Positions 1-14,300 are shown, counted from the stretch's first letter. The stretch is 64,000 nucleotides of DNA from the human T2T-CHM13v2.0 reference genome, Homo sapiens (GCF_009914755.1 NC_060945.1); one strand, 5' to 3'. Notes: a model not told the origin generated them from the letters alone. Program-made: numbers and translations.

Positions 1-104
1 CACTTACTGAAGGGCATCTTGGTCGTTTCCAAGTTTCCAATAAACCTGCCATAAACATCCGTGTGCAGAGTTGTTTTTGGTTTTTTGCATGGTTCTTTGT
101 ATTT

Positions 105-376
<272 letters not shown>

Positions 377-2627
377 GTTCTCTGTATGTTTTTAATAGCA
401 GTTTGGTGTGGGGAGACACACCGAAAGAGAAATGCAAAGAATGACCTTAGTGAGTTAGAGACAAAATAGACTTCATACTCTCCAAGAAAGTCCCTCTTTC
501 TAAGAACACTTTTGAGAAGTTAAATTTGGCAAAGAATTCTAGTGTTAGTTTTATATACACATGCATCCATTTCTAATACTATGATTTTTTTTCAAGCACT
601 TCAGATGGATTTATAAACTCGGAAAGGTAAAATGTGATTTGAACATTTTCTTTTGTCCCTATTAAATAAACATGTCCGTGGAACTTCGCTGTAGATTCCA
701 TTATACTTAGGCTATGTTTTCCCAACTGGTACTACCAGCCCACGTGTTCTCTGAGGGATCCACTGTTGTGACATACAGAGCCAGTGCTAAAAAAAACAAA
801 AATGCTGGGTTGAATGCATTTCAAAGATTCAACCAAGTAGTCAACGAAGATGATGACAAACTGTAAAACAAAGATGCCTACAAATTTCTGGACACAGGAG
901 TAGAAATGAATTATGAAAGTAAGCATCCATCCCACCAATTATGTCTCAAAATCCATATATAATTATTAAACTGAAGTTGCAAAACTGTAGGCATCTCAAG
1001 GCAGATAGGTTCATCCTTTGGAAAAGGGGAGCTCACCACATCAAACACAGCCTGCAGGCCCATAGGCCCAACCAGCCACAATGACTCCCAGGGGAAAAAT
1101 GAGGAAGGAGGATGTCCCAGAACCCAAACGTGTCTTAAATGTTATTCCAAAAGAAACTACTTCTCAACTATCTCTAAAATCCAAATGCATTCCTGGTAGG
1201 ACAGAGCCTACCCTACCACACTCCTGAGGACTGGGAATCTCCGGCTATGCCACACCAGCTTGAAACATCCAACCAAAAGGCATTTGACCAGGCCTTCCAT
1301 TGGACAGCACTACTTTCCTACTGAGGGCTGACATTCTGCAGATAAATTTCCCAAATCCTGTATTTACCACTCTAAGTATTCCTGGGCACTCACACCCACT
1401 GCCATTTGTGAGTCAGAAAGAGGGCTGGCAAGGAAGCCTGGTGGATACACAGACAGAGGTCACAGAATGAGGGTCCCACATGCAGGATTTCAGTCTGATT
1501 TCAAACGATGGAAATAAGAGGCAGGCAACTCACATTTCAATACCAACTTCATGTGCTCTTGAGAAAAGGGAAATATTGAACATTCAGATCAGCTTTTTGC
1601 TTTCTTTTAACTACAAGGTCCCAGCGAAAACATAATCCGTGTCTAACATATCCAATTACTGAGAAAAAGCACGTACATGCTCCTGTGTTCTCTTCACCTG
1701 GCTAGTAACAAAATGGTATATTTTCCCATTTTATTTAATTTTTCTGCTCTCAAAATTACTTCCAGATCCTATTTTTTCTTTAGTTTTCATTTTCATCCTA
1801 CATGAAACCCCCTACTCCTGGAGTAAAAAGGAAAGAAAGAAAAGGAAACAACCACAAGTTAACACGGTATTTTAAAATACAACACCAAAAATATAAAATC
1901 CAGCCACGGCATCTGAGACTGAAAGAAACAAATAAATAATGTGTAAATAAATAATGCAGCACTATCAAGCTAAAAGTTGAGTCTTGGTACATAATATCCA
2001 TATTACAGGCTTTGCCAACTATACAGAGAGAAATTTCTATACACTCAAGGAACCTAAGGATGCAACTCACAGCCCTGAGCAACAGGCTCAACTAAGGTTG
2101 AAGAGTCAGGAAGAGCCCAGGATAAGAACTTTGGTCTCCTGACCTCTTTCTAGCCCAGTGCTCACCTTCTCATATTTCATATTAATGAAATACTAACTAG
2201 CAAATAATGATAATCATTTTGTTTAAACATACATGACTGAGCTTACCAGAAATACCCTCACTCACCTCACTCAAAAAAACTTTTTTTTTTTTCACCAAAA
2301 GAGAAAAACCACTGTGCCCTGAGCAGGAACCATTTCTAGCAGTATCAACACTGCCACTGGAACCACCCAGAGAAAATGCTCAAACCACCACCAGGGAACT
2401 CGCGATAAAACACCCACACTCACATTCACACTATGTATGTGATCATTAAAATCACCCTCCAATGATCTACAAAAAAAAAAAAAGTCTGTTGGTTAGAGCT
2501 CTTCATGACTAAATGGCTCATCAGACATCTGCCCAAACTAGATTCCTCTAAATATTGAGAAAGGTGAAGCAGAAACACTAAGAGTCCACATTGGTTTTCT
2601 GTCCCAACTCTTAAAAAGAACTAAATA

Positions 2628-2750
2628 AACCAGGCATGGTGATGTATGACTGCAGTCCCAGCCACTCAGGAGGCTGAGGCAGGAGGATTGCTTGAGGTCA
2701 GGATTTCAAGGCCAGCCTGGGCAACATGGCAAGACCCCATCTCTCAAAAG
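2628..2750 (+). mobile_element. FLAM-type Alu monomer
   Basis: Single left monomer. Confidence 0.8.
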
Positions 2751-3017
2751 CAATTTTTATTTTAAATAAATAAATGAATTAAAGATTGTAGATGCACTGT
2801 TCACTACTTGAGCTACCAACACAGGGAAATCAGGACCACAGAGGCTAGGGTTTCTCAGCTGCCCCGAGGGCTGAGGATCTGGGTAGGTGTGGTTTGTCCG
2901 CCTGGGGGCTGCTGAGCCTAGTCCAGGCACTTTACTTCTCTCCAACTCCGTTTTTTTCAGCAGTAAAACTGGAATATTAACAGCTCATTGGATTACTTTG
3001 AAGATTAAATGTCCTGA

Positions 3018-3415
<398 letters not shown>

Positions 3416-3965
3416 TGAACACTTATGAATTCTTGATGGTATATCTTTTCTTCCCTTCTACACTGTAAGCTACGCTGTACCCCAAAGATGATATTCTACA
3501 CTGTATCCCAAAGATGATATTCATAGCTACCCAACAAATGATTTGTTGAAAGAATGAATAAATGAGCTAACCATACCACCCTCCCCCCCAAAAAATTAAT
3601 ATGAAGCATAGTAACTAGATGTCACTCTCCTAACCTGAATACATTACCTTACCTTGGCTTGTTGAGACTTCTGCAAATACATTAGAAAGATAAATAGCAA
3701 CAGTTACTACGTAGAGGTGAAAATCGGAAACGCTTCCAATCAACGCTTATGGCTATAGGCTTTTCCACTTCGATTCAACCCCACGCTTGGTTTGCATGCA
3801 GGCAATTGCAACAGCCCCTAGTGTTCCATTCTAAAGCTGAAACCACGAAAAATCCATTTTATTTTCACTTAATGTCAACTCTTGTGCTTTCTTTGAAGAG
3901 GGATTCTGCTGCCTCCAGCCCTCCCCACCTGGGTGCTGTTTCTTTATTATCCCCACCTCCCCGCC

Positions 3966-4125
3966 TTTTTTTTTTTTGACTTGGGATCTCACTCTGTTGC
4001 CCAGGCTTGAGTGCAATGGCGTGGTTCTGACTCACTGCAGCCTCAAAGTCCTTGGCTCAAGGGATTCTCCCCCTGCTCAGCCTCCGGAATCGATGGGATT
4101 TTATGCAGGAAACACTGCACTCGGC
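3966..4125 (-). mobile_element. Alu right monomer (FRAM/AluJ)
   Basis: Poly-T followed by a diverged right arm. Confidence 0.75.
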
Positions 4126-5105
4126 TGTTCTTCATCAATGCTTCAGTCCTCATTACACATATTGATGCTGTTTGATCAGCAAAAAAATCCCACTGATAAG
4201 GGCACCTAACTGCGCTATCTTGACTCTCCGGGGATTTCAGATACCCTCACCTGCGCCTCCAGTAAAGCTAACCCAGGCCTCTGGAAAGAATTTTTTTCTA
4301 GCTCTGAAAGTAGTTATCTGCAGCCCATCCCTCCCTTCACAGCCCCCACATGGTTCATTCCCATCCCCATAAGCAAACCGAACTCTGCTGAGCATCAGTT
4401 CGGAGCAGAGAGAAAAGGCTGTGTGCTTTGAGCAGACTGGCTCCTTCCCAAGCTAAACACACTTATGTGCATCTGACTCCATTACCGCCCCAGCCTGCAC
4501 ATGTACCAGGGCGCCCAGCCTTTCCGGAGGTGAGCTTGTGTTTACCCACTGCCATGGGAGTATTTCCCAGTCAGCCTCTCCTCCCCACAGTGGAGACTGG
4601 CTGCAACCACCCGACCCCCAACCCAGGCAACCAAATGTGACATCCAAGGAGTTCCCGGAGTGGCCATCTGTCCCTGCCATGCCAATGTTTACGCGACATG
4701 GGCAGGAGAAGGACAGGCCAGGGAAGCCTCCAGGGTATCTTGCATCAGACCCAAGGCATCCACATCCCAGGCCGTTTGTGCCACAAAACAAAAACAGTGA
4801 AAGAAGAGTCCTCTGTCTAACCAGAGAGGTTCCCGGTTCCTAAAGAGAAGCATCCATCTCTTTAACTTTCCTGAGGGTGTTCAAAGAACCAGCCTGATAC
4901 GTTTCACCTGTGGACCAACATCTAAAAATAAAATGAGATCCCTAATTTTGCAGTTTTTAAAATATTACCTCACCCTCCCCACCCTCCACAAAGTGAAACC
5001 TAAACATGGTATTTCAGACAATAATGACTTCAACAAGCTCATGAACAGTGAAATGCTAGGAGGAATTGGCTAATGTAGAAAAGATTTAGATCAGAAATAA
5101 ACTCA

Positions 5106-5454
<349 letters not shown>

Positions 5455-6799
5455 CTAAATGTCTCTGTTTATATTCACAACCGGAGGTCAAGATGTGTGG
5501 GAACAGTCACGAGTTTAGAAATCAGATAACACACAGTTCAACTCCAGGGTCACTGCCACAATAGAGTGATTTTAGTCAAGCTACCTAGGTTCCACCAAGT
5601 AGACTTGGAGATGAGAATACGCACAGGCTCAGAGGGGCTGTGAGGTGCAATCATGTATTCTGTTAGAGATCACAAAGCAGAAGTATGCCAGGCACACAGT
5701 AGGTGCTCAATGTTTGCATCTTCCTTTCCAGCCCTAGCCCTCCTTCCATAGCCTTACAATGTCGGGGGCGCACCCAGGAGGCAGAAGATGTCCAAGACAG
5801 AATAAGTGAAGACAGACGCCACTGGGGAGCGTTCGGCCGGCCATCAGCTAAGACTCAGCGCACTGACTCTGCTGGGACATATTTCTGTTATCTTTCGAAT
5901 GGGGACAAAAGATGCTTGACATGTTTCACCTACCATTTGCATGAAATCTGTTGAACTACATCTGAAGTACTGGGGGAGAATCCACATTATTCATCACATA
6001 AATGTGCTTAAACTCCCTCCGGGGGGAAGATGGGCTAGCCACTGTGCCTGAAGCCAAGAGATGACACATCCATTCTATGACTCAACTTGAGCAGCTGCAG
6101 TGTGAAAATACACACACAGGCTCACACAGAAATGGGCTAACAATTTTTAGAATTGCCCCTTGCTTTTTTTTTTTTTTTTTTTTTAGTTTTGCTCTTTAAC
6201 CTCATTACTTTCCTTTGCTCACAGAACCTGGAAGCAACGTTGACATTTCTTTGGACAGCTCTGACCGGGTTTTAATCCCAAAAAGAATCCCTTAACACTG
6301 TGGCACATGAGGCACAGGGCACAGTCACAGGTCTCAGGGACTCATGATCCTACTTCAGGGAGAGCTCAGAAGGGTAACATCATCTGAGAAGGAACACTGG
6401 TTCCGAGGGGCAAAAATCACAGTGGCTGGGGCAGTCCAGAAAGACAGCCGGGAGGAGGTGGACTTGAACTGACTCTGAAGGAGAGGTAAAATCTGAATCG
6501 GCAGAGAGCAGGCAGGAGGCCAATGGGGGTAACCAACAAGGACAGGTGCCCTGAGACAGGACTCAGGAAAGCTGACTCTGGCGGGCTGTGTGGCCACTCG
6601 TTCAGCTAACATTTACTAGGCACGCCATGGCAGTCACTATAGCCATGCTGGGGCAAGTATAAAGAGAATCCAAGCAACCCACCCTGGAGGAACACACAAT
6701 AGCACGGTGATCAAGAGACTAGACTCCATAGGCCAGGCTGCCTGGTTCAAATCCTGGTACCTCACTTTCCAATGCTATTGCTTTGAATAGGTTACTTAG

Positions 6800-7732
<933 letters not shown>

Positions 7733-8508
7733 TCAACCCGGAGGTTTTATCTGCTCCGTGTCCAGACAGCCCTTGAAAGAAAGGTTTCTCCAAGCCACTG
7801 TGTACATGCGGAGAAAGGAGTGGCTACGCTGCTGTGCGTCTGGATGCAGGCAGAGCGGAGCAGCAGGTAAGACTGGAGGAACAAGTCACGGCAAGATCTG
7901 CAAAGCAGGACCCGGAATGCAGGGTGGGAAACTCTAAAAGTTACAGGAATCATGCATTCCTCAGGAAGCACCTGTGATTCTTGCCCTCTCTCAAGTCCAC
8001 AGTCTCCTATTGTGTTCAATTTCTGGACCAACCAACATAGGAGCCCAACCTGGTAAAGGTTAAATAATGCATCCCGATGTCACCTGCTAACAAGGTCGAG
8101 GTGCGTTTGTCCACGAGAGGAAGGCAAAGTTGAAAAGAACAAGAGCAACTTCACATAGCTAGAAAGCCCCTTTTGGTCTACGTCATTCTCCTCCTAGGAA
8201 GTAAACGGGGACTGCATGGGCTAACGTGACCGTTCCCACTTAGAAGGGAAACTGAAGTACCCACAGCCCTTTCTGCTGGAATTCCCTAGAAGGGGTCTGT
8301 GCCACATACAGGAAGTAGGGAGGGTGTCTTTGCAGCATATTTCTTCTCTTGGAGTTAACTGCGAACGTTGCACGGCGACCTCTTGATCCATTCTGTGAAA
8401 GCCCCAAGCCTGTCATGCAATAAAGACGTCCAGTTTCACCGCAGCAGGGAGGCCGCATGAAATATTCCACTTGAACAAAACCACTTAGCAGTTTACATCA
8501 ATGCTTAC

Positions 8509-8615
8509 CCTGTCGCATTGAAAGTGATGTGAACCCACACCCAAGAGCCCCCAAACCAGCACGTTGATACCAAGTTTCCCCAGCTGCATCCAAATCAATT
8601 CCTTCTTCCCCTTTC
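8509..8615 (-). other. Candidate 107-nt cassette 5'UTR exon
   Basis: Long pyrimidine tract with CTGAC (tcctctgtctttctgacttctcttttgtctgccccc), acceptor ctAG|G, donor CAGG|GTAAGC. Confidence 0.45.
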
Positions 8616-8917
8616 CTAGTATCATGGGGGCAGACAAAAGAGAAGTCAGAAAGACAGAGGATTACCCGCAGCCAACTCCAAAATAAAATAACCATGGGAA
8701 CCACCCAGGAAGAATGGGAAAGGTTCCCAGGAAACCCATTTCAAAGCCTCAGATTGCAAGTGGGGAGACTCAGCAACCCTTTAACCACCAAAACAATCGT
8801 CACAAACAATGAACTTTCTATTGTCCCAAAAAAGGTGGATTTGGGCAGGATCAAGATAATAAAGACTTTAAAAGCTTCAATCCTCATTCCCCAGCCTTTT
8901 GCAAACGCCACACTTAC

Positions 8918-8964
8918 CCCATTGGAAACAGAAGAGGCTTTGTCAAGATCTCCAAATGGGCCAT
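8918..8964 (-). CDS. uORF MAHLEILTKPLLFPMG..., open across the exon donor
   Basis: cagATGGCCCATTTGGAG...CCAATGGG|gt; 47 nt with no stop before the donor; continues in an exon outside the window. Confidence 0.4.
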
Positions 8965-9003
8965 CTGCAGGGACTGCTCACATACTAGGTGAGAGACTAG
9001 GAT

Positions 9004-9021
9004 TCAGAGCATTATGCCCAT
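9004..9021 (-). CDS. uORF MGIML* in the TIAM1 leader
   Basis: gtACCATGGGCATAATGCTCTGA: strong Kozak context (A at -3, G at +4). Translation is inferred, not shown. Confidence 0.5.
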   Translation of the reverse strand: MGIML

Positions 9022-10204
9022 GGTACCAACCAGCCTCCTCTTCCTCCTCCTGGGCTTCAGGTCTAGAAAGGTGGGTCTCAGTCCACAGTGATTCTACCTA
9101 TAAGAGCAACATAAGAAAATAATGGGTTTTGTGCTTCGTTTTTACATACCTCTAGAGATTGCAAGATTATCCTCAGAAACATTAACGTGATAACACAGGA
9201 AAAGTACCTTACATGTTGTAGACACTCAATACATTAGAGTATGGATATTTTGATAAGCAGTTCGTATTTTAATAAAGAAGCATTTACCAGGCTTAGTTAT
9301 CTATAGCTTTGTAGAAAGCACCTTGACTGTAGAGATTCTTGCCCACCAAAATCTCATAGTTAATGGAAACACTGAAGCATGTGGCTGCAAGGTACTAGAG
9401 GAAGCTCTACGATTCAGTACAAGAGCTCACAAATCAATCCACCCTGAATCATTCAAGAAACAAAACTTTCCAAAAGTGATGATCTCTTCCCTAAAAGTGT
9501 TACCAATGAAAGCCATGCTAACACTTGTTTTCAAGCAACGGCATCAAAATAAACTGGAGAAGTGGGTGTTGCAAAATACTCATGAAAACGACGCCTCCTT
9601 GTTCTCCATTCTCATGAAAGCATTGGCTAGAACAAAATAGCACCACTGGGTCATAGTGGGCAGGCCAGACCAGGTGCAGCTAGTCAATCTGTCTTCATTG
9701 AAAATAACTCCACACTTGAAGCTGATTCACTACCCAAAATGTAAACCAAGACTCACTCCTTGAGCAAAGCAGAACTTTAGCATAGCACCATAAAGCAAAT
9801 GAAGCCTTTTCCCAGCTCACAATCCCTTTCCATCCCCAGTCCAGTCCCTTGCAATACTAGATGCATAAATAAATGCTAAGTAATTATGCCATTACATAGG
9901 ACAAGGTCCTTATACCCTAGGACCTTGTCAACTGAGAGACCCTAAGAAGAACCAATGGCTCAGGGTTGGGCAAACTCAATAACGCTACATTCCCTTGTCG
10001 GGGAATATTAACCAGCCAAGCTCCTCTGTCCTATGCTCTTATTGTCCCTTTTTGGTTACAGCATCAACCATAATATCAAACAATCAACACTTCCCCCAAA
10101 AGTGCTTAGAAACTCCAAGGTCTGAAAAAGTACTCCAAGGTCTGTGGCACGAAACTGCTATGGCAGTCACCAGCATCGTCTATCTTCACGTTTAATTCTT
10201 TTCC

Positions 10205-10339
10205 TGTTTTAATTTAATTTTTAGAGAGGGGGTCTCACTATGTTGCCCAGGACAGCCTCAAACTCCTGGGCTCAAGCAACCCTCCCGTCTCAGCCTCCTG
10301 AGTAGCCGGGACTACAGGCACACACCGCCATGACCAGCT
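10205..10339 (-). mobile_element. FLAM-type Alu monomer
   Basis: Single monomer. Confidence 0.8.
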
Positions 10340-11499
10340 TCCAAGTTAAATTCTTGAGTAACTAAATTTAACACACTTTGCCTTCATAGAAGCAACCCAC
10401 TAACTTACATCTCAGTCGCTGCCAAGTTTCGGGCTTTGTACTCATTTCATTTTTACACTAAAGGCAGGCAAAAAAAAAGGAAAGAAAAAAACAACAGAGC
10501 AGAGCAGTGGGTAAGATCCTTAGGAGATGAGACAAACTGAGAGGAAAAAAAAAAACCAACACTGGGAAAGTAAGATAAAAATTGGAGGGAAGAAATGGTA
10601 AGATAATCAACTAGGAAAACAAGATAAAAATACTGAAAATATGGAACTTGCCCATAATGAAGAGAGAACAAATGGGGGAAGTGGTTTTTGTTTTATTCTA
10701 CGGCAGTAACTTCACCTTCCTTCACCTTCCATTGAGAGAAGTGGAAAGGTTGGAGGTAGGACAAGAAAGGGTAGGAGGCAGAAAATACTAATCGTTACAC
10801 TGAAAACACTAAGTGTCACTATTAAATGCCTACTTTGTGCCAAACAAAGGATAGAAACCTTACACGAATATTCATAATGAAATCTCATTATACGCTGAAT
10901 TCACAGTGCAATTTCACAATCAGTTTCCAGATCACATTTGGGGAAATACAAGTTCAGAGAGGTTAGGCAATTTTCCTGAGGCCACACAGTCAAAAGGGGC
11001 AGAGCAAGAATTCAAAGCCAGGTCTTTCTGACTCCAGCATCCTTTCTGATATACTTAGAAAGAATCTGTTCTGAGAAAACTTTAAAATGCTCAGACTCAT
11101 GCATTAAATATGAACCAAAATGAAGTGTCTTCTCCAGTCATTACAGCAAATTTGTTCTGCTGTCGTACAAGGTAAATCTGTATTGTCAAGTGGGTTGAAA
11201 GTACCTACAATTCACTTTAAATTACCAGTAAGTCTTATGTAAATTCTAGTTACATTTTTCCAGAACAATATCACAGGGTGTGCCTCAATTAATACACAAA
11301 ACCCACCTTGGAACAATTTGGTCCACTGTGTGTGGTGTTCACAAACAGAAAGTATATTTTAATAAAACTGAAAAAACATAATCTATGTCAAACATACAAA
11401 GACAAATACATGGTGTCCTCCTACTTGCAGCTAACGAACTCAGTTGCTAATTTTCAAAGGCTGTTTAAGGCCTTTTTCGACAGAGTTCCACTGGGCAGA

Positions 11500-12060
11500 A
11501 TTTTAAAAATGAATATAAACTCAAGAAAGGAGGTGGCCTTTGTTTGTGTTCCAATTAAGATACCATCAAAAATCGAAGTTGGTTCTTCCAAAAGACCAAT
11601 AAAATTGATAATACATTAGCAAGACTGATGGGGAAAAGGTACAAATAACGCCATGAATGAAAAAGGAAACATATCTACAGATACTACAGTCTTTAAAAAT
11701 ATTATGAGGACAGCATGTTCAATATTATACCAATTTTAAATTGTACATAAAATGGGAAAATTTCTGTAAAAATTAGGTATTAAAACAAACAATTTTAATG
11801 ATCTAGTATCTATTAAACAAATTTACAATTTAAAAACAGTCAGATAAGGTGGCACATGCCTATAGTCCTAGCTATACAGGAGGTTGGGGCGGGAGGATCA
11901 CTTGAGCCCAGGAGCTCCAGTCCAGCCTGGGCAACAGAGCAAGACTCCATCTCTAAAAAGAAGAAATAAGTGAATAAAATTTAAAAATATAACCAACCAG
12001 AGACAAACCAGCTTATTTACTGGGAGAGGTGGGGAGACAATATGAAAAGATAATGATACA
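11500..12060 (+). mobile_element. Old L1ME fragment containing a FLAM (11838-11962)
   Basis: ggttcttccaaaagaccaataaaattgata; free left Alu monomer. Confidence 0.6.
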
Positions 12061-13249
12061 GAAATTGCCACTTTCTCTCACATCTACACGGTCATATACT
12101 AGCATTAACCCCAATTTCAAATGTCCTCATGATGGTATCTTCCAACAGTCACATGTGACAATATCTAAAAACCTTTGCTCTATGAACAATGCAGTTCCCC
12201 TTTTTGTAGCTAAGAATTATTGTTCCATAAAACTCCGTCTATTAGTCAGTTTCACCAGCATTATCATGAGATCCAATTTGGTTGTCTTTCCTGTTGAGTG
12301 AGTTACTAAAGGTTCCTTGTGGGGTGGAGGGGCGTGAGGGAGTAGATCACAGACCTCATGTCAGCATCAATTTCACATCTACCTGCTGCTGGGTCCTTTC
12401 TTGAGCTCAAAATGAGCTAGAACTCAGGGCTCTAGCCCTGGATCATGCAACCTGTTGTTCTTCCCTAAGCCATGTCTGATTTGGTTTAAAAGTAATTTCC
12501 TCTCCATCTGTATCTTTAACTTCAAGGAAGTGGGAGAGTCAGAGCAAGCTAAGCAAACTGCGGCCCCAGCAACCTGCCTCCCGACCCCCAAAGTTCAAGG
12601 GAAGGTATGCTGAGAGAGTCTGCCAATTCCGCTTCGATATAAGAAAAATGATAAAATCAGCTACTGACATTTTCCTGATTGTACCCACCCCAGACCTGGG
12701 AAAGAACATTTGGCTTGCTATAAATACAACAGGAGCCACACATTTTTCACCTTCATTTCTTCCCCTCAAAGTAAGATGATTCTGTAAACATTCTCATGAA
12801 GGATTCGCTTACAAAAAAACAAAAACCAGCTCCAGCTGCTGGTGTACTATTAAGTTGTTGATCAGGTATGAAACAAGTGCAACAGGTAACAGTTAACCCA
12901 ATAGCCTCCCTCTGACCCCTACACACTGAGCAAAAGCTACACAGGCCAAATGGAAGCCCAGTGACCAGCTCCAGACTTGAAATAAAACCTAAATCCTGTC
13001 TGTGAGAAGCCTCATTTGAGCTAAGTTTATCCTTTGCTGGGACATACTGCCACTTGCAATGATCCCAGCCCCCAGCACCACCTTCCACCCAAACTTCCTC
13101 TCACAAAATTGACTTAGGCAATCGATCCAAAGGTAAGCTAGCTTTCACAGAAAGACAGACATTTAAAAAAATGATCCAGATAAACAAATCACACCTCCAC
13201 AGCCAGGAACCTAGAGTCGAACTAATTTAATCAGATGTAAAATTAATGA

Positions 13250-14300
13250 GAACCCCGAGACTTCCGACGTCCCACTCCAGAACTCCCATCCAGGTGCGGT
13301 CGGGAGCCACAGCTTCTGAATATTCCTTCGGAACTTTTTTCTCACTTGATTCCCAAGCCTGTCATGGGGTTCTTTTTCAATGGCACTGACCTGCAATTAC
13401 CCAACGAGCAGCGGGACAGCCCCGGGCAGGACGCATCCTGGGTGGGTGACGTGATCCCGCAGTCTCCTCCCCGACCCCATATCCCATACAATGATCCTCG
13501 CTTACAGAAGTCAAGGGGGAAAGATGACGCTTTCAAAGCCCGAATCTCTTTACCCTGGAGCCAGAACCAGCGTCGCCGCCGTCCCCTGCAGCTCAGCCGG
13601 CAACGCGCGCCGAGCCTCGGGGCGCAGCTTGGAGACGCGCTTGCTCGTTCTGGGAAGGGGCACGGGACGCACGGTTCCCCGGCCCCAGCTGCACAGCTCA
13701 GCTCGGGGCTCTCACCTATCCTCGTTCAGAGCCACATTCGGCTGCCTCCCCTGACCACCCGACACAAAGAGATTCGCCGGTGGAAAGAATCGATTTCAAA
13801 ATTCAAGCTCACCGCTGCTCAACAAGGCGCGCACGTTTCTCCCCGTCTGGCTTCACATGTCCCAAACTTCCAGTAACAGAAATGAGGAAGCAGCAGCCTT
13901 CCCCGGCTGCTGGCGGAGGCAGTGGGTGTAACTTGTGAAGTTTCGTGCTATGATGAATCTGGTCACTTGGGTGTGTTGGAGAGGGTTGGTCGCTCCTCCC
14001 TTCCTCCTCCCACCATCACCTCCCTCCTCTCCGCCTCCCTCTCCAATTTAATTCTTCCCTCTGGCATTCGCCGGCTGTCACTCAGAATCCCAGCACCCTC
14101 CCCACCACATCCTTGGGGGCAATGTATTTCGAAAAGGTCTTAACCATTTTACGGATGAACCTGGTCACCCTGCACAAAGCGTGAGTGCTTGTCAAATAAT
14201 TTTCTACAGCACGTGGCAAAAAAGCAGCGCCTCTTAAAAGATATAAAAGGCCAGCAATGTTACATAAGCGCCCCCCACCAGCCCTTCAAGGACAGAAACG
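13250..14300 (-). promoter_or_regulatory. TIAM1: CpG island / internal TIAM1 promoter
   Basis: Only strongly GC- and CpG-rich non-repeat tract (e.g. cgtcgccgccg, acgcgcgccgagcctcgg); GA-rich Sp/KLF/MAZ-type tract at 13995-14060; TGACGTGA at 13447; CACGTG near 14210. Confidence 0.8.
13813..13936 (-). other. TIAM1: Alternative (internal) first exon of TIAM1; 5' boundary approximate
   Basis: Donor CAGCG|GTGAGC (GT at 13812-13811) inside a CpG-rich region ~4.7 kb upstream of the 180-nt exon; CA initiator-like dinucleotide at ~13936. Fits my recollection of a TIAM1 internal first exon. Confidence 0.7.

Larger units (their letters stand above)
8918..9097 (-). other. TIAM1: TIAM1 5'UTR exon (180 nt, non-coding)
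   Basis: Minus strand reads ttgctcttatAG|GTAGAATCACTGTGGACTGAGACCC...CTGTTTCCAATGGG|GTaagtg, with canonical acceptor and donor. The exon matches my recollection of the TIAM1 mRNA leader (not database-verified). Confidence 0.92.

Noticed and set aside
4378-4410. Two overlapping 7-bp hairpins as a possible RNA switch or pre-miRNA
   Set aside because: Stems are too short to distinguish from chance.
8240-8470. 76-aa minus-strand ORF as an alternative TIAM1 N-terminus
   Set aside because: Only a weak donor (CCT|GTATGT) and no resemblance to the known TIAM1 N-terminus, which is encoded outside this window.
13346-13876. 176-aa plus-strand ORF
   Set aside because: Stop-poor GC-rich CpG-island sequence antisense to the first exon; TTG start; no recognisable homology.
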